Of a DNA stretch of 64,000 bases, positions 52,101 to 64,000 are shown one piece after another. Each line of letters opens with the position of its first letter. Position 1 is the stretch's first letter. A program made the position numbers and the translations under genes. Location of the stretch: contig OZ037768.1 in assembly GCA_964035545.1 (NCBI GenBank), positions 6,170,741 to 6,234,740 of the forward strand, given 5' to 3'. Under the pieces are notes generated by a model. The model searched no databases. It was not told where the DNA came from and saw nothing but the letters and a program-made list of their open reading frames with translations. The DNA comes from Bugula neritina (taxonomy: Eukaryota; Animalia; Bryozoa).

Positions 52101-54041
52101 TAGTGCTGTTTAGTAAGCAAAACTCAATTTGATTAAGGAAAACTTGTGGCTGCAGCACTTGATAAAAAATCCTTGGAAGCAAAATGTGGATTATGGAAAT
52201 ATTTTACTTTATACATTATGCATGATACATGATACAGGCATAACATTTTATCTACTAGTATGTTAACATAATATTATTTATTTTATGGTAGTATTGTTTT
52301 ATTCAAGTGAAACTGGGTGCTAATTTCTGGTGATACTCAAAATCTTCTTACACAGTACTTAGCCTATGATTCTACTGACAAGTTGTGTACTTGTAGGAAG
52401 GCCATTTGACCCTGACTCTAGATACACCAAAACTCCAAGCTTTTTGCTCAACAACTCCAGCCACAAATACTCATCACAACCAAGGCTCTCTCCTACCGGT
52501 TTTTCTCCGTCCAGCTCCATTAACTCAGCGTACAAGCGTCAACATAGCAGGTTTTCCAACAAGTCGAGAAGCAACATGTCTCCCACCCTCACCAACAGTG
52601 GCAGAACTAAAGCAGCAGTGGTCAGTTTCATTTAATAAATTAAGTCTGGCTTCATTTCCAACTCTTGCATAATGCTGAGATACTAGATATACTTTGTCAA
52701 GTTGTCTTCTCACAGGAATTAACTTTGCTGTATTTCAGCATAACATGACTTGTTCCTATCCTGTTGTAATTTTATTGGTTAATATTTTGTGACTCACATA
52801 AAAGTTTCATTGTTGACATCTTTTGCTATAGATATCTCTATATGACTCTGGGACTAGCATGGGTAACTCCGAAATGCTATCCTCTTCCACGTCTAGCCGG
52901 GGAGTTATACTAGAGCTGGAAGGGGAGCAAGCAGAAGATTCTGACTCTAATGACCTTGGTATGTTATGTGGCAGCTACTCCAATTTCTTCAGTTCAATCT
53001 CATCGAGTCTCTTCATAGTGCAAACCAAGATTGAAGTTACAACTTATGAGTTGATAATTTACTGTCTTTGTTTAATGAAAGTGGAGAACATGATATTAAA
53101 TGTTATCCTCAATTTTTAGCTTCTACATAGTCATGCATTTTTGGTTAATACTGAGCTGAATTGTTTTCATTGTATTAGTTGTGCATTTTTTTAAAATTCT
53201 CTTTGAAAACACATTTAACGCCTCACTTGTTTGAACATGACAAATGTAATGTAATTCTGTTTTGAAAATATTATATTTTTAGCATGACAATTTATGTAAT
53301 GAAGTCCTTTATACCTTTGTTCAACTTGTCTATGACATTGTAGGCAGTGTACTGAAGAACCTATCACTAGAAAAGTACCAGTCAATATTTGAAAAGGAAG
53401 AAGTGGACATGGAGGCTTTTCTCATGCTGGATGAGAACGATCTGTGTGAACTGGGCATCACTCACACCGACTCACAGCGGCAAATACTCAGCGCCATTTC
53501 AGACCTTAGCTCTAACAATGTGAGTATTTTTATATATTGCGTTATGTGGAGAATGAGAACTTGAGCTTTGTTAGAGTAAAAGCAACTGTCAACAACATCT
53601 GAAATGTTTCATGTGTACAGAATAAGTTAGAACAGGCATTGTCAAAACAGAAATAGTTTTGATGAAAACTTCAAAAATATTTTGTCTGAAATGATTTCGT
53701 TTTCTACTAATTCTATGACTGCAGCTTTTTGTTGGAATTATGTTATTGAAAACATTTTAGCATGTACAGAGACATAGAAATGAGTTGAATGACAGCGTAG
53801 AGGCTACCATACCTGTACGCAACTCTGTTCATAGCGGTAAGTTCTAATAGTTATCTTTGTCAACTTTGTAATACAAAACATACAAAACAAACTGTACATG
53901 TTTTGGTGCAGTCTTGAGATGCTATCAGTTCCTATTTGATACGTTGTGCTGATATTTGTAGACTCGACTGATTTGGAGGAATGGTACCTTCACAGTCAGC
54001 CTAACATAACAACAGAACTTCAACCATCTTCTAATTCATAA
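46130..54041 (+). CDS. ANKS6: Ankyrin repeat and SAM domain-containing protein 6
   Basis: 17 in-frame exons: 46130-46237, 46537-46699, 47032-47259, 48153-48374, 48693-48740, 48965-49172, 49794-49891, 50152-50281, 50606-50708, 50996-51136, 51517-51702, 51837-52050, 52397-52620, 52832-52958, 53344-53519, 53761-53836, 53962-54041. ANKS6-type motifs [15 protein letters not shown]...[45 protein letters not shown]; Ser-rich region; SAM domain [21 protein letters not shown]. Confidence 0.92.
47566..47860. repeat. 12-bp minisatellite (TACAGTGTAGTR)n in ANKS6 intron 3
   Basis: About 24 tandem 12-bp units. These generate the four spurious low-complexity ORFs at 47554-47996. Confidence 0.95.
49999..50014 (+). 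repeat. G16 homopolymer in an ANKS6 intron
   Basis: 16 consecutive G. Confidence 0.85.
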
Positions 54042-55216
54042 CCTTAAATTCTATCCTCTCTCTGATTTGGCATCTTTCAGTCTGTAAAACTAAGGCTTTG
54101 GTTGGGTGTTTTTGTTGCTCAGTCTTCTACTTGGCACAAGACAAACAAATAAATATTTTAATTTCAACTTTCGAAACTTTATAATTTAACACTTTTTTAT
54201 AGTTGTTAATTTTTACAGCTTGCATAATTATATTAAAGTATTATTTTGCAGGCACCTTTCAAATTTAAAAAAGCAATATTTTGCACTAGTCTCAAAGTTT
54301 TACATTGTTGCAATATTTGGTTTGTAGTCTATTTTACCACTGTTATCTTTTTATATGTTACGTTAGTATTATTTTTTTATATTTAATATATTCTTTGATG
54401 CCCTAGTCTTGAAGGTTGTAACTTGCTATACAAGATAACGCTTATCTTTTGACTTGGTGTAATGTACAGCATACTGTCACATGATAACTATTTCAAGTTA
54501 TAGTGCATACATTGAACTGTTAGAAGCTCAGTCCAAGCTGCTATAATTTTGTTTTTTTTTTCAACTGAAATTTGAACAAAAGACCTGCACATAAAATTTA
54601 TTTTTTACTTGAACTAATTTTATGCAGTCAAAGTGTATGCCATAGGTCATACCGTTTACAAATATGCGCAATAATGTTTTGCAATATAATTATGTGTTTT
54701 ATTTTGCATTTTTTGTAAGACTCAAGGAATAGATTTTCCTTTGTTACATTCACACAATGTAATGCATGCACAACATGTAACATTTTTATGCAACAAAACA
54801 TTATTAAAGTAAAAACCAATTTAAAATAGAACTGTGTCGCCGAATTACTATCTCTCAGGTTGATAAGTGTATCTGAGATTGTCTTGCTCAACTGATGGCA
54901 TTAGGATTACTAGTGTGGGACAACTGCTGAAATGCACGCAAATATATTATTAATTCACATAATAATTACACAACGTACCACATGAAATTACATAATTAGC
55001 AAAATAATTCATTTCATAATGTTATGAAAATATTTTTCAAAGGGACATAATCGTAGTCGAAACTGTTGCTAACAAATTATTGAATATATAAAAAAAAAAT
55101 CCATTTTTGATTTATAGATGACCTAGCTAACAGATGTAATATTTTGCCACTGCCCTTTATTATAGTACGCAGTATGGCTAAATGTTGATGATGCTAGTTT
55201 AGTATATTTTATATCA

Positions 55217-58200
55217 TCATAAATGGTTTCGAGTAGACTTAGTAACACTCCTATCTGATGGAGATGGGGAGGGGGCGATGTTGTGCCCTTTCCTCCAAAC
55301 ATGGACATGGTCACGATGAACCTCCCAAAGCTGTTTGATAACGCCAGCAGCTACTAGCGGGTTGGCATTGCATGACATCAACTTCATTGTTATAAAGCCA
55401 TCGCATTTCAAATAATCATCAACAAAACTCATCAGCAGATATTTTTCTTTGCACGGGTTATAAGCATCGACGGAGAGCAGTTGGTTCTTTACATAACTAT
55501 ACCTTTTCCTAGAGGTGAAGGTTTTAAGCTGCCACACAAATATTATCACATTTAGAATGGCTACAAGTGCAACATAATACCACAGCACAAGAAATATCTT
55601 AGCATTAAATATGTTAATTGGTAGAGAGCACTGCACTGCATAGGGCAGGTTCTTGCCAATACTTCGAACTTCAAAATCACATATGGTTACTCTGGGAAAC
55701 ATTTTAAGCTCCAGAATTGGTTCGCCATGAGTATACATATCTGTGATGCAGCTTATCCCGTACATTAGATAGTCAAATCCTAAGAAGAGATAGAGCGAGT
55801 ATATTTGTGCCAAGCTGCTACATATGTAAAATAACTTAGTGACTGTCCAGATGATAGTTAATCTGTGGCCATTCAGTGATCTGCATAAATCTCTCCACTT
55901 TTTCTTTAGGTTACACCTAAAAGAGCAAAACAAAAGCTATGCCACAGAAACATGTTGTTTATGATAATCACAGTTGACTACTAAGAAAAGCAGATGAGTC
56001 AAAGTCTGCATGAAAAGTCCAGCTGTCAAACATGGAACTCTGTTTCAGCTACAAAAGTTGTAACAAGTTTGCTTCAGTACTTACTGTTCACATCTGCCTT
56101 TATCAGAGTTGTCTTCAGTTGTTGCCTTGGCAAGCAATAAAGCCCTATCAATGTGTATAGCAATCGCCTTACTATATTTGTCCATTTCACGAGGTCTTAT
56201 TGACACCGGTATTCTCCGGACACTGTGCACCTTATAAATAGTAGAAACTAAAAATGTAGAGTATACATATCAAGTTGCCATTTAGGTTGAAGCATCAATA
56301 AGTATAATTGCAACTTTGATCCAATAGAGGTTGTAACAAAATTGCAACTCTGATGAAATGCAATGCATCAACCAAAGCTTTGAAGACTTAGCTTCTAATA
56401 AGGATAGACTTTCTCACAAATTTATGCAACAGGTTATTATAAGTGCTAAAAACTATTATTATTGAACTCTACTATTGTTATTTATTTTACTATTATGTAT
56501 TATAATACACATTATCCATATGTATTATTATGAAAGTTACAAAAATTTTGACATTACTCCACGTTGCAGTACCAAATAACATACACTCCGGCTACCACAG
56601 ATGTGCTCTATTGTCCATATTTCTCTATACGACATCCTTCTATTGGATGTTGAGTGAATCAAATGATAGAAAGTAAAATACTTGACTCACCATATCCCCT
56701 ACACTTAAACCAGTAGCTGGTGAACCAATATACCACAGAAGACCAGGCAAGTAGAACAAAACTCCAATATAAGCCAGGATATAGGGTACCTATAATACAT
56801 CAACGTTTATCAAGTATAACGTGCAACTGTTACAGTTGTTACAGTTGTTACCTGTTATATCTTCAATAACAATGCTATGTTCTTATTTCTAATAATGAAA
56901 ATGTAAACAAACAAACCACAATATTTTTATTATTATAAATGTTATATCTAGCTTATAGTAATAATAATGACTTTTGTTTGAGGCCATCACGCAAAACAAA
57001 TGGTGCCCTCCAAAAATAGCTGTTTAGTGAGATTCAAATCTTTTATAGTCATGCGAAATTATCTTTTCAGCATGTTAATATGTGCAATAGTATTTATATA
57101 CTCATATAAATTTATATGCAATCACTTCATTTATTCAATTCCTTTTACTGCATGATGTCACTGTATGAATAAATCTAAAGATATAATATCATACTTTCAG
57201 AATGCTTATTATATCCTGACTTGTAGGATTTGTTGTGATTTGCAACTATAAATCTTAGGTTTATGCAGGTAACAGCAGCTAGTATATTGCTACATAGGGA
57301 GAACTTTTCAAGCCACTCCTTCTGAACTACTAACACATATGGTTGCATCTACTAGTTAGAAATTTTGCTAATCAATATACCCATTGATAATACACTATTA
57401 GTTTCTTGTCAGCCTCCAGAATGTTCTCTTCGTGTAGTGGAATAAAGTAGGTGTTTTTTGTCCAGCAATACGCATTGGTATACTCAACCCAGCTTTTAGT
57501 AAACTGTGACGGTGTCCAACAGTGTATTACTTCTGACAGGTAAATCTATTGAACAAAAATTATTCTTAATTCAGAATTAGGAGCCAGTTGTCGTACATTG
57601 TGCGTTAGTTAGACAAGTAAACACATAAACAAGCATGTCTATATGTTTACACAGCTTCATTTGATTATTCACAACATTCAAGGCACTTTATAATTTTTTT
57701 TATCTTTTAAAGTTCTACACTATGTGTTGAACAACTATATACACATATAGACAACTATTAGAGCCGCACATATTAGTATATCGGCAGTTTACTATTTTTA
57801 TCCTGTATAACGTTCTGCAAAGCTTTTGCCATGCTGTTAACAAATAATGCAATAACTGTGATATGCTAAGCACTGCTTTTTCGCTCACCTGGTAAAATGT
57901 TTGAATAAATACAAGAATAAACATCACTGTAGTTGACATCTTATGATTTAGTTTATCAAGGAAATCATCATCTCTCCTCTCCATGTGCATGGCTTCCAAA
58001 AATGGATCCACCACAACGGTAAGCATTTCTATGCTACAAGTGAAACACAACTCTATATGCTACTTCAATATAACTTTACAATCAGCCACTAGTGACTATA
58101 TAAACATGGACAACTCTGCTACCCATATTTATAGTATATAGACACAAATAAACTAAAATTACATTTCTCTCTACCAACTAAATCTCTTGATACTTTGACC

Positions 58201-58326
58201 TACTAAAGTTAATGGTACCAAACATCACTTTTTAATTAAGATTTACAAAAAACTTTAACCATTTATAAAAAATAGAGTTTCTAAATCGAGGCTTAATTTA
58301 ATAAAATACACTTACGCAAACGACAT
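55217..58326 (-). CDS. Innexin (gap-junction protein), divergent paralog with 5 CDS introns
   Basis: Exons 58326-58316 (MSFA; inferred), 58033-57889, 57545-57381, 56789-56691, 56230-56085, 55916-55217. Innexin signatures: DDFLDKLNH, HCWTPSQF...YTNAYCW.KNTY, YYQW|VP, FYLP, FPRVTICDF, VQCSLPINIFNAKIF, YLKCDG. Confidence 0.9.
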
Positions 58327-58776
58327 TTTGGCAGCTCCTTTGGTTTATGTTCCTCAAAAAACTGGAAGTTGCTTGATTATTTTCAACCAGTCAGGTTCAG
58401 TTGTACCTCAGTTGTTTTCTCAACACTCAAAGCTCGGAATATATAATATTATTCGTTCTTTTTAATGCTTGTAACTAATGAGCAAATGAAATTATGAGCA
58501 ACATTCTTACAAAGCAAATGCTTCCCACCAATTCCACTGGCTAATGTGTTGGTATGTGGCTACCAGATGTAGAAAGTGAGATACAGATGTGCACTGCCTT
58601 CTCTGTGCTGCTCCAGTTATTCAGCACGTATCATAAGCAGCATATGTTCATTATAGGAGAATATAAACTATTATTATATCCAGTTAGATACACACTAACA
58701 GTTAGGTTACAACAAGTTCATTATTTGCTATGATGTCAGTACATAATCCCAGCAACTGTATTTTGTGATGTTCCAA

Positions 58777-58792
58777 CCCCCCCCCCCCCCCC
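58777..58792 (-). repeat. C16 (G16 on minus) homopolymer upstream of the innexin
   Basis: 16 consecutive C. Confidence 0.85.
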
Positions 58793-60941
58793 GCATAATA
58801 AATAAATATTTGCATTTATCTTTTTTAACTATTTTATCACTTAATTTTATTTTAAACACATGTACTTATAATAATACGCTACAATATAGTTTAAAAATAT
58901 TATTATGTACTGCATGTGCATATAATGCTTTTTGCGAAAAAGCATGCATTTACCAATAATTTGTAAAGTTTTTCACGTTTGGCTTGCTGTCACTTAAACG
59001 GAAACTTTAATAAATAGTGACTATATGCAGAAGGCTGTGTGGTGATCTGTCTTGAGTTATACACGTAATTCTGTTTATACATCACTCAATAAAGTTAAAA
59101 AACAGCCAATTAATTTTACGCAAATGAACATTTTGTAATTGCCAATGTTAGAAGGTAATTGTAATTCATGCATGCAAGAGTTGGAAAAAATAAAACCTTA
59201 ATACAGTTCAACTCATTTCACAGCCACCTGTTAAAGACTTCATGCTACAGAATAAATTAGTTTGAAAAATTGTTTATATCTTGTTTCAATATCAGCATTA
59301 AACACAGTCTTATTAAAAATATTTGAGGACAGTTATAAACTTGATGATTATTTAACCTTTTGTGCAGATATGTTAAACTGGGTTTCTACTTGTTAGATGT
59401 AAGAAAACTCCTTGCTTCAAATCCATGGAGTTGTCTTCTTTAAGCATGTCTGAAATCACTTACCTGTCCTTGGTGCATGTTTTTACCAAACTAATGTATA
59501 TGATTACTAAACAAAATATTGAAATAAGCAATTTGAAACTTCATTATACGTAACATATAGTCAACAAAAACATAATAATTGAAAAAGTATTATAATAATA
59601 TATGTAATATGGAGCCTTCATGCAGTTCTTATTCTCAACATGTGCAAAACATGTACTTGGCTAATTAATTGCGTTACTTCAAACTCACAGCTAGTATGAT
59701 ATGCTAGCTACAAGATACTTTCTATGATTGATACAGCAACTTGCAAAATTTTTAGCAGTCTAGTAATTCTCGAATTTTGATGACCTTTGACAAGGTGAAA
59801 CCAATTGGCAATAATGTCCATGAACTGTGTATTTAATCAACATTATAATACTGTAAATTGCCTACACAAGTTTATGTATTTCAATGGCATAGCTTGCTTT
59901 ACATAATATCCTTGTTGTTGATCTTTGACCAATAAATCACCAACAAAAGAATGTCTAATGCTAATATTTAAATTGAATACTTTTAAAGCTACTAACATGG
60001 TTTATAATTCTTGTGAATGTATGATTTATGTACTTCAATAAACTTATATTATTCCTTCCAGAGTTGTATTGCATGAATATATCATGTAATCCAAGAATTT
60101 TGATATACTGTTATTTTTCATGTATAATAATAAGTATAGAATCAATAAACATATATATAAAACCACAAATCAAGTGCTATGAATTTGAATCTATTTTAAC
60201 AGTATGGTCCTTCTTAATTGATATACAAACTGTTTTAGTTTTGAACAAGCAAATATATAGCCATACATAATATACACAGTGCTTGATCAGATCAAGAATT
60301 TAAATTTTTACTTGAAAAATACCACTCATTTTAATAATAATCTAAAGTAACCAACTGTAGGAAGAAAATATATATAAATTCTGGTAAAAAGAAGTTTAAC
60401 TTTAGCCTAGGAAATTGCTAAAACTTATCTATTATGTGATTTAATTTCTAATAACATGAATGGTTAAAAATCATATTACATGTGTGGCTGCACCTACTAT
60501 TTAGGTGCCACAACAAAAAATATTGTCACTTTTACTTTGACAATTGACATTTGATATGTGTAGAAAAAGGAGGCAAGCAACTACATTTAGTGTTTGCCTT
60601 ATACAAACAGTGCTGTGAGTAATGAATGTACATTATAGAAATATATAACTAACTACATCATATAGAAAAATACTCTTATGCTAATAACGAAATGCTGCAG
60701 CTACATATAAACTGACCCAGCTTAATTCTTTGGGCAACTGAAATTATATATAATTAAATTGCTGTCCATTTAATCAACTATTAATGATTCATAAACACTG
60801 GTTATATACCTCATGCAAATGTCACAAATGAACTAATAATAGTACAATATTATAGTACATTTTTAGTAATAAGCAAAATTTTAAATACATCATATATATG
60901 ACTTATTTTTAACTGCTCAAATAGTTGAATGCGAATTTGTG

Positions 60942-62120
60942 TTAGACCTCTTGTTTTTGGTGAGATCTGTCATACTCTCTACTGAATGCATCCCAAAGTG
61001 CTGTGATTAGCTCACTAACCATCACATCGTTTGTGTTTTTCCCAATCATCCTGAGCATAAAATGGCCATCCTGCCGTAGGTATTTGTTGGAGAATGCATT
61101 CAGCTTCATGTGGTCGACCTTTTTGGAATATTTGTTAGCAACTCTGAGATAGGTTTTAATATAACTTCGTCGATTAGTGGTAAAAGCTATCCACAACCAG
61201 TAAGTGAGAGACATTAAATTCATTAGCACCAGAAAGACCAACCAGAACCAAATGAATATAAATATCTTTTCATTGAACAAATTGACAGGTAATGTACATT
61301 GAACTGTGTAAGGATGATTTTTTGCCATGCTTCGAACCAAGAAATCACACAAAGTTACCCGAGGAAATCTTTTGGATGCCAAGTAAGTTCCAGTTGAACT
61401 CAAATCTCGGAGGACATCCACTCCATAGAAAATATAATCTGTTCCCAAGAAATGATTCATCATATATAACTGTACGACCGCATCTCCAACGTACAGTAAC
61501 TTTGTCACTATGTAGATGGTTATCATGAAGTTTCCATAACGCTTTCCACAAAAGCAGCCACAGTCAGCCATACGTTGCTTAAACCGGGCACACGCCCCTT
61601 TCCTAATCTCTTTGGTATAGCTGAGTGATCTGTCAATGTGCTTAATGAGATACTTGGTAACCTTGTCTCTCGTGTCAGGGTTTATATGCTCCAGTTGTCT
61701 CAAAGTCTGCACTATTTTGTTGATGTCCATACCAATAGATCTGTTGAGCACTGACCAATGAACACTTGGCAAATAAAACATGAATGCTTGAAGGAACAGA
61801 ACTAAAGGTACCCACTGGTAGTACACTATCTCCTTCTTTGGAGCTTTTATAATATTTAGTTCAGTAATAGGGACATAATAAGTGTTTGATATCCAGCATA
61901 TGTTGTTGGTGTACTCAACCCAGCTATCTGAAAACTCAGCTGGGGACCAACATTTTATAATTTCTCCGACATATTGGTTGGTTGTGACGACTATTGCTAG
62001 GATACAGAACACTATTGTGGAGTATTTGTGGTTGAGTCTATCTATCCCATCCTCATCAAATCTGTTGAAGTGGTGAACCACCGAGGACATAGGCTCTACA
62101 GCCTCAAAAAGGATCGACAT
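60942..62120 (-). CDS. Innexin (gap-junction protein), intronless 392-aa CDS
   Basis: Single ORF with DRLNHKYS, IKCWSPAEF...YTNNICWISNTY, YYQWVP, FYLP, GKRYGNF, FPRVTLCDF, VQCTLPVNLFNEKIFIFIWFW, YLRQDG. An acceptor-like TTTTATTTTCAG about 20 nt upstream of the ATG suggests a 5'UTR intron. Confidence 0.97.
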   Translation of the reverse strand: MSILFEAVEPMSSVVHHFNRFDEDGIDRLNHKYSTIVFCILAIVVTTNQYVGEIIKCWSPAEFSDSWVEYTNNICWISNTYYVPITELNIIKAPKKEIVYYQWVPLVLFLQAFMFYLPSVHWSVLNRSIGMDINKIVQTLRQLEHINPDTRDKVTKYLIKHIDRSLSYTKEIRKGACARFKQRMADCGCFCGKRYGNFMITIYIVTKLLYVGDAVVQLYMMNHFLGTDYIFYGVDVLRDLSSTGTYLASKRFPRVTLCDFLVRSMAKNHPYTVQCTLPVNLFNEKIFIFIWFWLVFLVLMNLMSLTYWLWIAFTTNRRSYIKTYLRVANKYSKKVDHMKLNAFSNKYLRQDGHFMLRMIGKNTNDVMVSELITALWDAFSREYDRSHQKQEV

Positions 62121-64000
62121 TGTTGCACTCTTTTTTCACCTGAAAATAAAAGTTTTTAGCGTTAATAGGCATACAGAATTATGTCCAATAAGTAACCTAC
62201 TTGCCTATAATTACTATTTTTTAAAATAACTCTCACTAAAGCTTATGAAAATAGCATACATTTTAATTAATTGAAGATAATAGTGGTAGATGGTAAGTAA
62301 AACAGTTTGTGTTGAATTCTAGTAAACTATTAAGCAAATCTTCCTACAGATGAGCATGATCCAATTTGATAAACAAGAAACTGCAAAAATTCAGTAAAAG
62401 TGTTGAGAATATTAGTCATCATACGTACCTGTTTTGTCTTATAATTAATTTCAATACAAGTATGGTGGTTTAAACTGTATCTCCAATGCCCTATGTTTAT
62501 CAGCACATGCTTGATACATAAGACTGACTGTGAGACTTGCTAGTGGTTGCCCAGTGTTTACTCTCCTTCAGTCTAAGAGCTGACTAGTGAATTAGCTCTC
62601 AAGATGCATAGGTCATTATAAATAATAGCGAAAGCAATGTCTGGATCACAGGCGCTGGTTTAATTGCACTCCTTAGCAATATTACTTTATTATTCATACT
62701 GTATAGCAAAAAATAATTCATTATGTATTATATAATGAAACTGAATAGAAGGCTGCTCTATGAATGTTAGACGTATTATTCAAGAATACAATAATCAGGT
62801 TTGTTTAGGATAAATTTCATAGAACAAAGCATGAAAGGGACTAAGAATTTATGTAACGCAATGCTTTTAAATCTTAAAAACATAAGCACCATTAAAACAT
62901 TTGCAATGAAAATATATGGCTATTAAGGACTGTACAAAAGATCAAATTTAGTGTAGATTATCATATAGTAATAGATTATAATATTCAGTCATACTGCCAT
63001 CAATATGTCCTTATTATATCAACAAAGATATTATTTATGCTATACTACAATAATATTTCTAATTGTAGTGTGCTATGTAGATTAGTCTCCATCTAGGACT
63101 GCTAGATTTTATGAGTCAATGTGAACCAGCAGTCACTAACGAAACTCAATGCTGCATCGATTTTTAGTGAATATTTGGATGGCTGCAGTTACAAAAATTT
63201 TGATCAAATTGATTTGTTTTCACTGCTACATGACACTTTCTACTGAAATGTAACTTTGGAATTTAGTTTCTCAATGATGAAAACACACAATTTCCCTTTA
63301 TTTAGCTACAATAGTGAATAAATTTTAATAGCTTAATTTCTTGAATTTCCTTAATAAATTTTGGTTTGGGGTACAGGTTGAAATTCTCACGAGAACATAA
63401 CTTCTTTTGTTGCATTTTCAATCTATAATACAAGCATTTCTCAATTACTGCACCTACAACTTTAATACAGAATTACATTATTATTTCTCATATATAAACT
63501 ACATTCAATGCATTATTGGAGCTTCATAACTACATTTCCCTTTGTTGGTAATTTCATATCACAGGATTATCACATTTTTATGCTTGATCATTACACCTCA
63601 ATGTCATTCAATATGAGGTCTGCAGTGAAGCCACTCCATAAAGTAAATAGACATTCAGTCTTTAAGCTAATCAAGTTAACAGGATTTGTTGTAATACAGT
63701 GTTATAACAGGTGTCCAGTACTTCACATTCTCAGCGTAACACCTTACAAGTACATTCTACACCTTGCCAGTCAACATCCAGTAATAGTAATGGTATGTGT
63801 TCTTTTTGTAATGCACAACCGCCTAGAATATTATGTATAGTTTTATTGACAATAAACTACCAAGGCCAACAATCCTTAGCATCTTTCGCTGTGAATTGTA
63901 TTTACCTGCAGACACTGTAGACAACATCTATTGTTAGACAATCACTTTATTGTATTTGAATGACATAACAATATTTATGCATGTGTTATATTACTGAATA

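Noticed and set aside
1-64000. U12-type (AT-AC/GTATCCT) or GC-AG introns, selenocysteine or stop read-through
   Set aside because: All junctions I traced are ordinary GT-AG and frame-consistent, and no in-frame TGA was needed. Not every coiled-coil gene junction was checked.
62200-64000. Short ORFs at 63508-63920 and other antisense or intronic ORFs in the track
   Set aside because: No recognisable domains, AT-rich intron-like composition, or merely antisense to real exons.

Overview
AT-rich, intron-dense eukaryotic genomic DNA from an invertebrate animal. Innexins plus a PAN/F-type lectin suggest a spiralian, possibly a lophophorate; this is inference. By following GT-AG junctions and reading frame by hand I reconstructed nine protein-coding genes: a large unidentified coiled-coil protein (-, running off the left edge) head-to-head with DNAJC7 (+); CEP76 (-); a secreted PAN/Apple + F-type lectin gene (+); AAMP (-) head-to-head with HGH1 (+); ANKS6 (+); and two tandem innexins (-), one with five CDS introns and one with none. 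The most striking unexplained structure is a 319-bp miniature LTR retrotransposon (30376-30694) in a lectin intron. It has TG...CA LTRs built around a tRNA-like Pol III promoter, a perfect 5-bp target-site duplication and a purine tract. Its putative primer-binding site is complementary to the 5' end (nt 1-12), not the 3' CCA end, of tRNA-Phe. Two other oddities are a 7x26-bp minisatellite that multiplies a CEP76 splice donor, and degenerate T-N-A-periodic tracts that lie in the promoter-proximal region of six genes.
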